A stretch of 64,000 nucleotides of DNA from Dehalococcoidia bacterium (GCA_963662615.2 CAXXSR010000001.1:1344001-1408000); one strand, 5' to 3'. Shown: positions 39,959-50,673, numbered from the stretch's first letter. Numbers and translations: made by a program. Notes: generated by a model not told the origin, from the sequence alone.

Positions 39959-41053
39959 GTGCCCGCCAACGACCCCCCCACAGAGAACCGCCCCACCGAG
40001 AACCGCCCCCCTGAGAACGACCCCACCGCGAGCCGGCCCTTCCTTGACGAACTGCATGCCGCACTCACTGCCCCACAACAGCGCCCCCAGGACCGCGTTA
40101 GCGATGAGGGAGCGTACCCCCCCGCGCAGCGACGCCTCCGCTCCCTGCTGGAGGAGGTGCGCTCCGCCCGGCCGCAGGCACAGCTTGAGGCCGGCAGCGC
40201 CGCCGCCGTCCGCGACGCCTTGCAGCGCCTCGCCGGCATCGCGATGGCCTACGACGCCGACGGGATCGAGCGGCGTGCGGCCGATACCTACGCCGCCCCC
40301 GCCGCCCTCCGCGCCGACCTCGACCTCTTCTTGGCCCTCACGGCCGCGCCCGACCCCGCCCGCCGGCTCCTGACCATGCAGACGTACGTACGGCGCGCCC
40401 CCGTCCCGGAGACCCCCGAGCGCGTGGACCTGGGCGAACTCGCCATCGATCGGCGCTTGGTGCTACAGCGCCTCGCCATGAACGTCGCGCTCACCGCTCC
40501 GCATCAAATCGACGAACTCAGTGCGAACTTTGACATCTTCCGTCAGCGCTATGAGCGCGCCTGCCGTGAGCACCACCGGCGCTTCCATGCGGACGTCCGC
40601 GCGCTCCGCCGCACCCTCGATTCCCACCGCGCCCATCTCGACGCGCTGGCCCTCCTCAACGCCATCGGCGAACTCGGCGCAGCCGCCGGCAGCGCCTTGC
40701 GCCAGGAGTGGGACGCGCTCCGGCTCTCCCTGACAAGCTGTGACGTCAACGACGCCGATCTCACCACCGCCCTCCAGCACGACCCCGTCTGCCCCGCCTG
40801 CGATCTCACCCTCGGCGACGGCGCGCCCGCCGCCGATGTCGATCGCTGGGTGGACGAATGCCGCGCCGCCATTCGCACCAAACAGCGCCGCTTGGCAGGC
40901 GCAATGGTCGCGCGCGCCATCGCCGAGACGCACCGCCCCACGTTCGACCGCTTCCTCCGCGCCGTGCAGGCCAGTGACATCGCCCCCCTGGTCGAGGTCA
41001 TGGACGATGGCGTCGCCCAACTGATCCGGCAACTCCTTGCGCGGGACGCATAG
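39959..41053 (+). CDS. hypothetical helical protein with C...CPxC motif
   Basis: Fills the operon gap between iscS and pth; N-terminal 15-bp repeats (PTENR). Confidence 0.75.
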   Translation: MPANDPPTENRPTENRPPENDPTASRPFLDELHAALTAPQQRPQDRVSDEGAYPPAQRRLRSLLEEVRSARPQAQLEAGSAAAVRDALQRLAGIAMAYDADGIERRAADTYAAPAALRADLDLFLALTAAPDPARRLLTMQTYVRRAPVPETPERVDLGELAIDRRLVLQRLAMNVALTAPHQIDELSANFDIFRQRYERACREHHRRFHADVRALRRTLDSHRAHLDALALLNAIGELGAAAGSALRQEWDALRLSLTSCDVNDADLTTALQHDPVCPACDLTLGDGAPAADVDRWVDECRAAIRTKQRRLAGAMVARAIAETHRPTFDRFLRAVQASDIAPLVEVMDDGVAQLIRQLLARDA

Positions 41054-41065
41054 GGGCCGGCACGG

Positions 41066-41725
41066 ATGCCAAAACTCCCCTTCTCCCGGCACATCCGTCG
41101 CCGCCCGCCGTCACTGCCCCACGCGCGCATCATTGTGGGCTTAGGCAACCCGGGCGCAAGCTACGCCGGTCATCGCCACAACGTCGGCGCCCGCGCCGTT
41201 GAACAGGTCGGCTCCGTACTCAACCTTCCCCTCAACCAGAAGAGCAAGCTGGCCCTGGTCGGATCAGGCGTCACGGCCTACGGCCCCGTCGTCGTGGCGC
41301 GCCCCCGCACCTTCATGAATGAGAGCGGGCGCGCCCTGCAGTCCCTGCTCAACCGCTACAGCGCCACCCCCCAACGGCTCATTCTCATCGTCGATGACCT
41401 GGATCTGGAGGTCGGCCGCGTCCGCGTGCGCCCCAGCGGAGGCCATGGCGGCCAGAAAGGCATGCGCTCCATCCATGAGATTGTCGGTTCCCTGGACTTC
41501 CCCCGCGTGCGCATCGGCATCGGCCGGCCCTACGTCAACGACGCGCCCTCCTACCACCCGGACGTCGTCGCTGATCATGTCCTCGCCGACCCGATCCCCG
41601 GAGAAGCGGAAGCCCTGCAAGAGGCGGTCCGCCGCGCCGCTGACGCCGTCATCGCCATCCTCCGCGACGGCGTTGAGGCGGCCATGAACGAGTTCAACGC
41701 GGACCAGCCCCAGGCCCCCTCCTGA
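41066..41725 (+). CDS. pth: peptidyl-tRNA hydrolase
   Basis: VGLGNPG...RHNVG, TFMNESG, DDLDL, GGHGG, RIGIGRP. Confidence 0.95.
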   Translation: MPKLPFSRHIRRRPPSLPHARIIVGLGNPGASYAGHRHNVGARAVEQVGSVLNLPLNQKSKLALVGSGVTAYGPVVVARPRTFMNESGRALQSLLNRYSATPQRLILIVDDLDLEVGRVRVRPSGGHGGQKGMRSIHEIVGSLDFPRVRIGIGRPYVNDAPSYHPDVVADHVLADPIPGEAEALQEAVRRAADAVIAILRDGVEAAMNEFNADQPQAPS

Positions 41726-41973
41726 GTCTGATCGCACCGCGCCGACAGCAGCCGCACCTGCCCCTACACTAGATTCAAGGCGTCGCGGCGGCCGCGGACT
41801 TAGCGGCGGGGGAGCGCAACGCGGCACGAACGGCTGGCGCCGCCGCGATCAGGGAAAAAGGGACGGGCCGCAAGGGCCGGTCCCTTCTTGGCGTTGCGCA
41901 GCCGGCCACTGTGCCGCCGGCCATTGTGCAGCCGGACGGGCGCCGCGCCTTGACGGCAGGGGAGGGGACGGGC

Positions 41974-44900
41974 GTGGTCGCGTCGGAGAGCACAGTCGCC
42001 GATGGAATCAAGGCCGGTCTGCTCAGCGGGCTGATGCCCGCCGTGGTCGCCGAAGTGCGTCGCGCCCTCGCCGACGCCGACGCGCCTCCCTTCGGATCCA
42101 GCGCAAGCACGAACGACCAACGCGGGCCCACTTCTCTCGCAGACGATCCGCCGGCCGACGCGCTCGTTAAAAAAACCGACGCGCTTGTTAAAGAATTGGG
42201 TGTCCCAGACGGCGCCAAGGCGGCCGTCATCGCCGCGCTGGCGATGCTCGCGCCGGGACCCGTGCTACTGGTCACGGCCCAGCCCCGGCAGGCCCGCGCC
42301 ATGCTCGACGATCTGCCCGCCTGGCTTCCCTCCCCGCCGCAGCGCCTCGTTCTGCCCTTCCCCGCGCGCGAGTCGCTGCCTTACGAGCAGCGCCGCACCG
42401 ACAGCGCCGCCGCACATGCCCGCCTCCGCGTGCTCGCCGCTCTCGCCGCCGGCGAGCGACCCCTGATCGTCACCGACGTCCAGGCCCTCAGCCAGCGCAC
42501 CCTCCGCCGCGGCGTCGCGCCGCCGGCACTGCGCGCCGGCGCACCCCTCGCGATCGAGCCGTTCCTGACCGCTCTCGATGCCGCTGGCTACCGCGCGGCC
42601 GCTGTCGTCGACGAGCGAGGCGCCTTCGCCCGCCGAGGCGGCATCATTGACATCTTCCCGCCCACTGCCGCGCGGCCCCTCCGCATTGAACTGATCGGCG
42701 ACGAAGTGGAGAGCGTGCGCCACTTCGATCCCGTCACCCAACGCTCCATCGAGCCCGTGGCGGAAGCGACACTGGGCGTCGCCAGCGAAGCCGCAGTCGA
42801 TGAGGAAGCGCGAACGCTCGCCGCCTCCCTGCCCGCCCGCGGCGAGCCTCCCTCTTCATCCCGCACCTGGGACTGGTCCCAAGACCTCGATCAGATCGAA
42901 CGCGGCGCCCTTCCCACCGGCCTCGACTTCTGGACCCCGTTCCTGGCCCGTGGCGCCCTCTGGGACCACCTCCCCCCGACGACGCTCCTCGTCTGGGACG
43001 AACCGGACGATGGCCGGCGCCACCTCAACGAACTCGACGACCTCGCCGTCCGCGCCCGCGAGAGCCTCGAGCGACGCGGGGAGATTCCAGCGGGACTGCC
43101 GCTCCCGCACATGCCCTGCAACGAACTCCTCGCCGGCCTGGGGCCGCTCCGGCCTCGTATCAACCTCAACCGCTTCACCACCCACGTGCCGGACTCACCG
43201 GCCGCCGCGGCCTCCCCACCGGGCACGGAGCACAGCGCCCCAGCGCGTTCATCCACGGAGCCCGCCATCTCTGCGCCTCCGGACGCAAGGCGCGCCAGCG
43301 CGGGCTCCCAACCTGGGGTGGAGCAAACTGACCCATCGCGATGGTTAAAAACACCCCCCGGCTCGACCTCGCCGCAAACCACCCACGCGGCTGCGGCCTC
43401 CGAACCGGGCGCGGAGCAAACTGCCCCGTCGCGATGGTTAAAAACACCCCCCGCCTCTACCTCGCCCGACGCCACCCCCGTCGCCGCGGCCTCCGAACCG
43501 GTCGCGGAGCAAACCGCTCCAGCGCGATGGTTAAAAAAGCGGTTGGGGTTTGCGTCCGTCAACACCTACGGCGGCCGCCTGCACACCCTCATCGACGACC
43601 TCCGCCGCGCACACCAAAGAGCGGATCACATCACCGTCGTGTCGTTGCAGGCGGCGCGCCTCGCCGAACTCTTCGACGAGTACGGCCTGGCGGTCCAACG
43701 TCCCGACACCCTCCCCGCTCCGCCCTCGCCCGGCGCGGTCACCATCCTACGCGGCTCGCTGCCGCAGGGCTGGCGACTGCGGCCCGACAACGGCGGCGGC
43801 GAACAGATCCTCATCACCGACACGGAGATTTTCGGCTTTGCCAAGCAACGCCGTCTCCGCGCCCCCTCACGCTCCAAGCACCCCACGTTTCTGCAAGACC
43901 TGCGACCGGGCGACTTCGTCGTCCACATCGAGCACGGCATCGGCCGCTTCGTCGGCGTCACTCGCGAGCGCATCGGTGAGCGCGAGCGGGAGTACCTCGA
44001 ACTCGAGTATGCGGAAAGCGATCGCCTCCTCGTCCCCACCGACCAGCTCCACCGCCTTCAACGCTACGTCGGTCCCGGCGACGGCACGCCGTCCCTGACG
44101 CGACTCGGCACGCAACACTGGCGGCGGGCCAAAGAGCGCGTCAGCGGCGCGGTCCGTGACCTTGCCGAGCAGCTCCTCCAGCTGCACGCCGCCCGCCAAT
44201 TTCTCCCCGGCATCGCCGCCCCCTCGGACGGCCCCTGGCAGATGGAATTGGAGGCCGCCTTCCCCTACGTGGAGACGGCCGACCAGATCGAGGCCGTGCG
44301 CGCGGCCAAAGCGGACATGGAGCGGCCACGACCCATGGATCGCATCATCGTCGGCGATGTCGGCTACGGCAAAACGGAGGTCGCCGTCCGCGCCGCCTTC
44401 AAGTCCGTCACCGGCGGCTACCAGGTCGCCATGCTCGTCCCCACCACCGTCCTCGCCCAACAGCACTTCAGCACCTTCCGCGAGCGCATGGCCCCCTTCC
44501 CAGTCCGCATTGAGATGCTTTCGCGCTTCCGCTCGCCCGCTGAGCAGAAAGCGATCGTCGCGGGGCTCGACGGCGGCGCCATCGACGTCGTCATCGGCAC
44601 CCACCGGCTCCTCCAAAAAGACGTGCGCTTCAAGTCCCTCGGCCTCGTCATCATCGACGAGGAACAGCGCTTCGGCGTCGCGCACAAAGAGACCCTGAAG
44701 CAGCTGCGCCGTGAGGTGGACGTGCTCACCCTCTCCGCCACCCCCATCCCGCGCACGCTGCACATGGCCCTCAGCGGCATCCGCGACACCTCCACCATCG
44801 AGACCCCGCCCGAAGAGCGACTGCCCATCACCACCTACGTCATGGAGACCGACGACCGCGTCGTGCGCGAAGCGGTCCTCCGCGAGCTGGAACGCGGTGG

Positions 44901-45963
44901 GCAGGTCTACTTCGTCCACAACCGCGTGCAGAGCATTGAGGGCGTCGGCCGCTGGCTGCGCGACCTCGTGCCCGAAGCGCGCATTCTCGTCGGCCACGGG
45001 CAGATGCCGGAAGACCGGCTCCAAAAGGTGATGACCGTGTTCGTCGCCGGCGACGCCGACGTCCTCCTCAGCACCACCATCATCGAGTCGGGCCTCGACA
45101 TCCCCAACGTCAACACCATCATCGTCCACCAGGCGCAACGCTTTGGCCTGGCGCAGCTCTACCAGCTGCGCGGCCGCGTCGGCCGCAGCGCCGCCCAGGC
45201 CTACGCCTACCTCCTTTACGATCGCCACCAACCCCTGACCGAAACCGCCCAGAAGCGCCTCCAGACCGTCTTCGAGGCCACCGAACTCGGCGCCGGCTTC
45301 CAGATCGCCCGGCGCGACCTGGAGATCCGCGGCACCGGCAACATGCTCGGCGCCGAGCAGAGCGGGCACATCGGCGCCGTCGGGTTCGAGTTGTATACGC
45401 AGCTCATGGCCGACGCCGTCGAAGGGCTGCGCGCCCACCGCGAGGGCCGGCCGCCGCAGCCGTCGCGTCGCGGTCCCACCGTCGCCCTGGACCTGCCGCT
45501 CGTCGCCCACATCCCGGACTCCTACATTGAAGACCTCAACCTCCGCCTCTCGATCTATCAGCAGCTCGCGACTTTGGAGACGCCTGAGGAAGCCGACGCC
45601 ATGATCGCCAACCTCCGCGATCGCTTCGGGCCTCCACCCGCCCCCGTCACCACCCTCCTCCGCACCGTCCGCGTGCGCGCCCTCGCCGCCCGTCTCGGCG
45701 CGGATTCCCTCCAGCGCGAGGAGGAGCGGATCGTCCTCCGCCTGCCGGTGGGCCTCGGCTTCAACGACGCCCAGCGCCGTCAGCCACTCCCCGGCGGCGT
45801 CACCATGACTCCCCGCACCCTCCGCATCGACCTCCGCCACCACGGCGAACGCTGGTTGGACGCGCTGGAGCCTCTCCTGGAGCAGCTTGGCGCCGCAGTG
45901 CCTTCCCCGCACAACGCCGTCGCCACTGCCACCGCGACTGCACCCGCAACCGCGCCGCCGTAG
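41974..45963 (+). CDS. mfd: transcription-repair coupling factor
   Basis: [46 protein letters not shown]-terminus; GGAGG before GTG 41974. Confidence 0.96.
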   Translation: MVASESTVADGIKAGLLSGLMPAVVAEVRRALADADAPPFGSSASTNDQRGPTSLADDPPADALVKKTDALVKELGVPDGAKAAVIAALAMLAPGPVLLVTAQPRQARAMLDDLPAWLPSPPQRLVLPFPARESLPYEQRRTDSAAAHARLRVLAALAAGERPLIVTDVQALSQRTLRRGVAPPALRAGAPLAIEPFLTALDAAGYRAAAVVDERGAFARRGGIIDIFPPTAARPLRIELIGDEVESVRHFDPVTQRSIEPVAEATLGVASEAAVDEEARTLAASLPARGEPPSSSRTWDWSQDLDQIERGALPTGLDFWTPFLARGALWDHLPPTTLLVWDEPDDGRRHLNELDDLAVRARESLERRGEIPAGLPLPHMPCNELLAGLGPLRPRINLNRFTTHVPDSPAAAASPPGTEHSAPARSSTEPAISAPPDARRASAGSQPGVEQTDPSRWLKTPPGSTSPQTTHAAAASEPGAEQTAPSRWLKTPPASTSPDATPVAAASEPVAEQTAPARWLKKRLGFASVNTYGGRLHTLIDDLRRAHQRADHITVVSLQAARLAELFDEYGLAVQRPDTLPAPPSPGAVTILRGSLPQGWRLRPDNGGGEQILITDTEIFGFAKQRRLRAPSRSKHPTFLQDLRPGDFVVHIEHGIGRFVGVTRERIGEREREYLELEYAESDRLLVPTDQLHRLQRYVGPGDGTPSLTRLGTQHWRRAKERVSGAVRDLAEQLLQLHAARQFLPGIAAPSDGPWQMELEAAFPYVETADQIEAVRAAKADMERPRPMDRIIVGDVGYGKTEVAVRAAFKSVTGGYQVAMLVPTTVLAQQHFSTFRERMAPFPVRIEMLSRFRSPAEQKAIVAGLDGGAIDVVIGTHRLLQKDVRFKSLGLVIIDEEQRFGVAHKETLKQLRREVDVLTLSATPIPRTLHMALSGIRDTSTIETPPEERLPITTYVMETDDRVVREAVLRELERGGQVYFVHNRVQSIEGVGRWLRDLVPEARILVGHGQMPEDRLQKVMTVFVAGDADVLLSTTIIESGLDIPNVNTIIVHQAQRFGLAQLYQLRGRVGRSAAQAYAYLLYDRHQPLTETAQKRLQTVFEATELGAGFQIARRDLEIRGTGNMLGAEQSGHIGAVGFELYTQLMADAVEGLRAHREGRPPQPSRRGPTVALDLPLVAHIPDSYIEDLNLRLSIYQQLATLETPEEADAMIANLRDRFGPPPAPVTTLLRTVRVRALAARLGADSLQREEERIVLRLPVGLGFNDAQRRQPLPGGVTMTPRTLRIDLRHHGERWLDALEPLLEQLGAAVPSPHNAVATATATAPATAPP
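43200..43540 (+). repeat. in-frame 93-bp (31-aa) tandem repeat inside mfd
   Basis: GCGATGGTTAAAAA at 43338, 43431 and 43524, plus a degenerate first copy. Confidence 0.9.
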
Positions 45964-46036
45964 CGCTCTCGCCCCCGGCCCCGAGTGCTAGCATCAACTC
46001 CGACCTGGACCCCTACCGCAATGAGCACGACCACGT

Positions 46037-46113
46037 CGGGGCGTAGCGCAGTCCGGTAGCGCACTTGACTGGGGGTCAAGAGGTCGCCGGTTCAAATCCG
46101 GCCGCCCCGACCA
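46037..46113 (+). tRNA. tRNA-Pro(GGG)
   Basis: Acceptor CGGGGCG/CGCCCCG, anticodon arm CTTGA-CTGGGGG-TCAAG, GGTTCAAATCC T-loop, encoded CCA. Confidence 0.97.
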
Positions 46114-46309
46114 TCTCTTTCTGCCACTTCGATCCGCCATCCGCTGCCGAACCCCTGCTGCGACAGGTGAACGGCAGCGTCCCTCCGCCGCCCCACCCCG
46201 CGTAATCCCCGACACCTTCGCCGGCGCCGCGCACCCCACCGGCCCCGTAACGGGCTGCGCTGTCACCTGTCTATCTACGCTGGCCCGAACCCGTCCCGAA
46301 AGCCGCCAC

Positions 46310-46688
46310 GTGATCACGCTCGCGCACTTCTTGATCGTCATCAGCCTCTGGACCGGCGCCAGCGTGACAACCGTGCACGAGCCTGATCCGGCCACCGTCC
46401 TCCGCGTCACGCAGGCGCTCGCCGGCCTGCGCGTATCACGACGAATCGCAGCCGGGCCGGGTCACGCTCTGGGACTGTCGGCCGATCCTCGAGGGCCGCG
46501 AGATCGTCTGGGCCGGCGTCGATCCCTACCGCACGCTCTTGCATGAGGTGGCCCACTGGCAGGACACCCTGCATGACGGCGCCGAGAACGGATCGCTCTG
46601 CGGCATGGAGTCCGATCCCTGGGACGGCAGCTACTGGAGCGACCCGGCCGAACGCTGCGCCCGCGCGCGTGCGGCCGCCGGCGTCTAA
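46310..46688 (+). pseudogene. frameshifted small secreted HExxH metallopeptidase-like protein
   Basis: Signal-like MITLAHFLIVISLW in one frame; RTLLHEVAHWQD...stop 46688 in the +1 frame, which has no usable upstream start. Confidence 0.55.
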
Positions 46689-47078
46689 CGCATTTCTCGG
46701 CCTCTTCGCGCCCGCTCAGCTCCGCCCTACAGCCGCCCGCTTGGCTCCTCGGCCCGACGAAGCGGTCGCCGCTCCAAGGTCCGGAATCTCGAAGGCCACT
46801 CTGAGGTCTCGCTGCACTTAGGGGCAGAAAGCGTCCTCAGAGCGTCACAAACGTGTGCCTAACGTGTCTACTAGGCGTCCCAAGTGGCGGGGTCCGTTTC
46901 GTATTCCGACGGACTCACCAGTCGATGATCGAGCCGACGCCTGTGAGAGTGGCGGACGGGGAGGCCGAGCATGGAGCCGCTCCGCGCTGAGCGAGGCAGC
47001 CGGTCGCCCAAGAATGACGTTCAAACATCGTCTGCGGGAATTTGCGCCCGCCGTTTAGAGATGCCCCGAATTATCCGA

Positions 47079-47150
47079 GCCTTCGATCACATAAGCGCCT
47101 TCGATCACATAAGGGCCTTCGATCACATAAGGGCCTTCGATCACATAAGC
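47079..47150. repeat. 18-bp tandem repeat x4
   Basis: GCCTTCGATCACATAAG[C/G] x4. Confidence 0.95.
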
Positions 47151-47223
47151 GATGGCGCTGTCGGGATCCCCGCCAGCCTCGTTGGACCTGCGCGGGCCGG
47201 CCGTTCATGAGGGAGTGACGACT

Positions 47224-47463
47224 ATGCGACTGTGGAACACTGGTATGCAGATGATGGCGCTGGCCGCGGTCACGCTGACCTTGGCACGGTCATACCTGGA
47301 CCCGACGGGCGGCGGCATCCTCATCTCGCTCCTGCTCGCCGGCACGGCGAGCCCCATCATCATTTGGCGGCTGTTTCTCGGTCGGTTCCGGCTTCGCCGC
47401 GACTCGGATGAAGGGGAAGTGGACACGACCGCCAACGCGACGGATGAAAGCTCAGAGCGTTGA
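47224..47463 (+). CDS. small membrane protein with YLDP-x-G motif
   Basis: GAGGGAG RBS; SYLDPTGGG then hydrophobic helix, basic patch and acidic tail; stop overlaps next start (TTGA). Confidence 0.75.
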   Translation: MRLWNTGMQMMALAAVTLTLARSYLDPTGGGILISLLLAGTASPIIIWRLFLGRFRLRRDSDEGEVDTTANATDESSER

Positions 47464-48890
47464 TCGTGACCGACGTCGACCCGCCGCCCGGGGACGTCGT
47501 GCGGGCGGACCTTGGCTCGTTCCGCGACCCGCGGAACGGCGTCTTCCGGCTGGACGGCAGAGTCCTTCGCTACTTCGATGAGCGCGGCTGGCAGACGTTC
47601 GAGAGCCTCCGTCGCTGCGGTGTACTCGACGCGCTCACCGACGAGAGGCTGATCCTCCCGGCACTGGAGCTCAGCGCCGACGAGTTGCGACGCATTTGCG
47701 AGGCCGCCCCGTCCGCCGTCGGCGCGATCGAGCAGCCCCGCGTGCCCTTTTTCTCCTACTCGTACGAGTGGACTTTCAACATGCTCCGCGACGCCGCCCT
47801 ACTGCAGCTCGAGGTCTTGGACCGGCTCCTAGAGGCGGGGTTCATCCTCAAGGATGGCCAGGCCGACAACGTCCAGTTCATCGGCAGCCGACCTGTCTTC
47901 ATCGACGTTGGCTCGATCGAGCCGTACGAGCCCGGACAGGTCTGGCCTGGCTACGCGCAGTTCTGCGCCACGTACCTCACGCCACTTCTGATCGAGGCGA
48001 AGACAGGTGTGCCCTTCCAGCGGCTCCTGCGCGGGGCCGCGCAGGGCATCAGTGTCGGCGAAGCGGCTCGCCTCCTCCCTTGGCGCACGCGCCTGCGGCG
48101 CGGGCCGTTCATCCATGTCTATCTCCAGGCGTGGCTCCAGCGTCGCTACGCGGACACCGCCGACAGAGCGCGGTCTGCCTTCGGCGGTCGTGTGGTCGAC
48201 GCGGACGGCGTCCGACGCCAGGTGCGTTCGCTGCGCAGTCTCGTGCAGAACCTGCCTGCGCCAAGGGCAACGTCGGTGTGGTCCGGCTACGACCCGGATG
48301 CTTCGTACGCCCCTTCCGCGCGGGAAGTGAAACAGCGTGTCGTCGAGCAGGCGCTGGCCGCCGCCGCCCCCAGCTCGGTCTGGGATGTTGGCTGCAACAC
48401 CGGCGAATACAGCCGTCGTGCGGTTCAGCACAGCCAGTACGTCGTGGCGATGGACTTCGACCCCGCCGCCGTCGACCGGCTCTACCTCGACTGTCGTTCA
48501 AGCGAGTCGATCTTGCCTCTGGTGCAAGACATCGCCGATCCGTCGCCTGACCAGGGCTGGGCGCACGGCGAGCGCCAGGGGCTGCGCTCCCGCGGGCCCG
48601 CCGATTTCGTGCTCTGGCTCGCCCTGAGCCATCACATGGCCTTTGACCGCGCGGTCCCGCCGGCCCGGCAGGCGGCGTGGATTCGTGCCTTGGCGCGAGG
48701 TGGTGTGGTCGAGTTCGTCCCGCCGTCCGATCCGATGGTGCGGCGCATGCTCGCCCTCCGAAATGACCAGACGCCCGACCCGCGTTATACCCGCTCTGCA
48801 TTTGAGGCCGCACTCGCAGAGCGCTTCGGTTCAATGCAAGCGCACGAACTCCCCGACTCGGAGCGCGTGCTCTACACCGTCGCGGCATAG
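47460..48890 (+). CDS. NoeA-like protein: kinase-like N-domain plus class I SAM methyltransferase
   Basis: SFRDP, SYSYEWTF, LKDGQADNVQF, FIDVGS; VWDVGCNTG, MDFD, LALSHH. Confidence 0.82.
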   Translation: MIVTDVDPPPGDVVRADLGSFRDPRNGVFRLDGRVLRYFDERGWQTFESLRRCGVLDALTDERLILPALELSADELRRICEAAPSAVGAIEQPRVPFFSYSYEWTFNMLRDAALLQLEVLDRLLEAGFILKDGQADNVQFIGSRPVFIDVGSIEPYEPGQVWPGYAQFCATYLTPLLIEAKTGVPFQRLLRGAAQGISVGEAARLLPWRTRLRRGPFIHVYLQAWLQRRYADTADRARSAFGGRVVDADGVRRQVRSLRSLVQNLPAPRATSVWSGYDPDASYAPSAREVKQRVVEQALAAAAPSSVWDVGCNTGEYSRRAVQHSQYVVAMDFDPAAVDRLYLDCRSSESILPLVQDIADPSPDQGWAHGERQGLRSRGPADFVLWLALSHHMAFDRAVPPARQAAWIRALARGGVVEFVPPSDPMVRRMLALRNDQTPDPRYTRSAFEAALAERFGSMQAHELPDSERVLYTVAA

Positions 48891-48906
48891 CGGCACGGCG
48901 CCGGAC

Positions 48907-50673
48907 ATGTCCACGCTCGACCACCTACACACGCTCGCTCGGACGCCGCTGGCGTCTGTGGCGCGACGGAGCGTCGTCGTTTTCGGCCTCTTCTACGTGC
49001 TCTGGATGACGTCGTACTTCGACTTCATGAAGGACAGCCTGGCGCTGGTCAATCCGATTGCCGGGGACGGGGACGCGGCGCTGATCGTGATGACCCTCAC
49101 CGGCTACGCGCTCGTCGTCTCGGTCGTGTTCGCGGCGCTGACCCGTCGATGGTCGGAGCGGCGCTTCCTCGCCGCCGTCGTCGGGGTAGGCGGCGCGCTG
49201 ACCGTTTCCAACGCCGTTGCGCTCGGTTTGGACTCCATGCTGTCGTGGGGGTCGTTGGTCCTGCTCGCTTTGGCCGCGATCGCGGTCTGGCGTCTCGGCC
49301 GGCACGACTTGATCTGGGTGAGCACTGCGCTCGGTATCGTGGCGTCGCTGTATGCCTGGGGCGACCATGTCACCTTCGCGATCGACTCGGTGAGCGGGAA
49401 CGATGCGGCGCCGGCGGCCGTCGTGGAAGTGCCTGAGACAGATAACCCGCTGCCCAGCGTCTATGTTCTCCTCTTGGACGAGCTCTCCCTCAGCCTCGTC
49501 AACGCGTACGCCAGCTTCACGGAGCTGCCCAACATCGGCCGGCTCGTGGAGCAAGGCACCTACTTGCCGCGCGCCTACTCGACGACGGATCTCACCATGA
49601 CAAGCGTGCCGTCGGCGCTCACGGGCCTGCTCCCCAGCAGGGAGCGCTTCGCCAGGGGCAACAGCGGCTACGAGACCGACTGGCTGCGCGACGCGAACAA
49701 CCTCATCAGCGACCTGGAACGACTCGGCTACCGCGTCACGATCACGCCCGACATCTTCGGCGCCTGCGCCGTCGTGGCATGTTCGCGCCTGGAGGCCGCC
49801 GACCTGCTGGAGCCCACCCTCAATGAGCGCGACCTCTTCCAGTTCGCGGTCGACCATTTCGTGCACCAGGTCTCGTTCGGGCAACAGCCCGCGCCCGACG
49901 TGGGCGAACTCTTCAGGGGCCAGGCATTCGCGTACCTGGGGGGAGAACAGGTCGATCTGGGACACGACACGGACCAGCCCCAGTTCGTCTTCCTCCACTT
50001 CATGCAGACGCACTACCCGTACACACACGCCCGTGACGGCACGCTGCACGGCAGAGAACCAGTCTCGTTCGACCACGGCACCGACGACAACGCCGCGACG
50101 ATCGCGGCGAACGCGTTCGAGTCCGTCCTCTGGGCCGACCTGGTGCTGGGGCCCATCGTCGACGCGTTGCTGGCGCTGCCGGCGGAGGAGCGCATTGTGC
50201 TCCTCATGTCGGACCACGGTGTGAGCTGGCGCGACGATCCATACTTCCGCCACAGGGGCACCATGCGCACACCCCAGCTGCATGTCCCTGTCGTGCTTCT
50301 GGCGCCGGGGATCGAGCCTGGCGTGGACCCGCAGCTGTTCCCGCTGATCGACACGTACCCGACGCTCGTCGACCTCATCAACGAAGCGGTCGGCGCGACG
50401 GTGCTCACCGCGCCGCGGGGGATCGACGGCCTCAGCCTCTGGGCCAGCACGACGGTGCGCCGTGAGCGTGACCACTTCGCCTTCAGCATGGGCTGCCGCT
50501 TCCAGCTTCGGGGCGACGAATGGCACTTCGTCGAGCTGTACAAGGGCTTCCACCAGCCGCCTTGCGGCACGACCTCGACCCCGGCTGAAGAGCTGGCGCT
50601 CACTCCCCAGGCCGAGACCGAGGCGCTCATCACCGCCGCCGCCGGCAGCGCCGCCGCTTCCCGTTCGCCCTGA
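48907..50673 (+). CDS. membrane-anchored sulfatase/LtaS-like (alkaline phosphatase superfamily) protein
   Basis: About 5 N-terminal TMs; LLLDEL, TMTSVPSALTG, HFMQTHYPY, MSDHG, HVP. Confidence 0.82.
   Translation: MSTLDHLHTLARTPLASVARRSVVVFGLFYVLWMTSYFDFMKDSLALVNPIAGDGDAALIVMTLTGYALVVSVVFAALTRRWSERRFLAAVVGVGGALTVSNAVALGLDSMLSWGSLVLLALAAIAVWRLGRHDLIWVSTALGIVASLYAWGDHVTFAIDSVSGNDAAPAAVVEVPETDNPLPSVYVLLLDELSLSLVNAYASFTELPNIGRLVEQGTYLPRAYSTTDLTMTSVPSALTGLLPSRERFARGNSGYETDWLRDANNLISDLERLGYRVTITPDIFGACAVVACSRLEAADLLEPTLNERDLFQFAVDHFVHQVSFGQQPAPDVGELFRGQAFAYLGGEQVDLGHDTDQPQFVFLHFMQTHYPYTHARDGTLHGREPVSFDHGTDDNAATIAANAFESVLWADLVLGPIVDALLALPAEERIVLLMSDHGVSWRDDPYFRHRGTMRTPQLHVPVVLLAPGIEPGVDPQLFPLIDTYPTLVDLINEAVGATVLTAPRGIDGLSLWASTTVRRERDHFAFSMGCRFQLRGDEWHFVELYKGFHQPPCGTTSTPAEELALTPQAETEALITAAAGSAAASRSP

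Noticed and set aside
43200-43540. Possible CRISPR array or intein in mfd
   Set aside because: The inter-core segments are similar to each other and in frame; there are no intein C/S...HN-C/S/T termini
47079-47150. Possible CRISPR array
   Set aside because: Repeats are contiguous 18-mers without spacers, and there are no cas genes in the window
48907-50673. True formylglycine-dependent sulfatase
   Set aside because: Lacks the C/S-x-P-x-R signature
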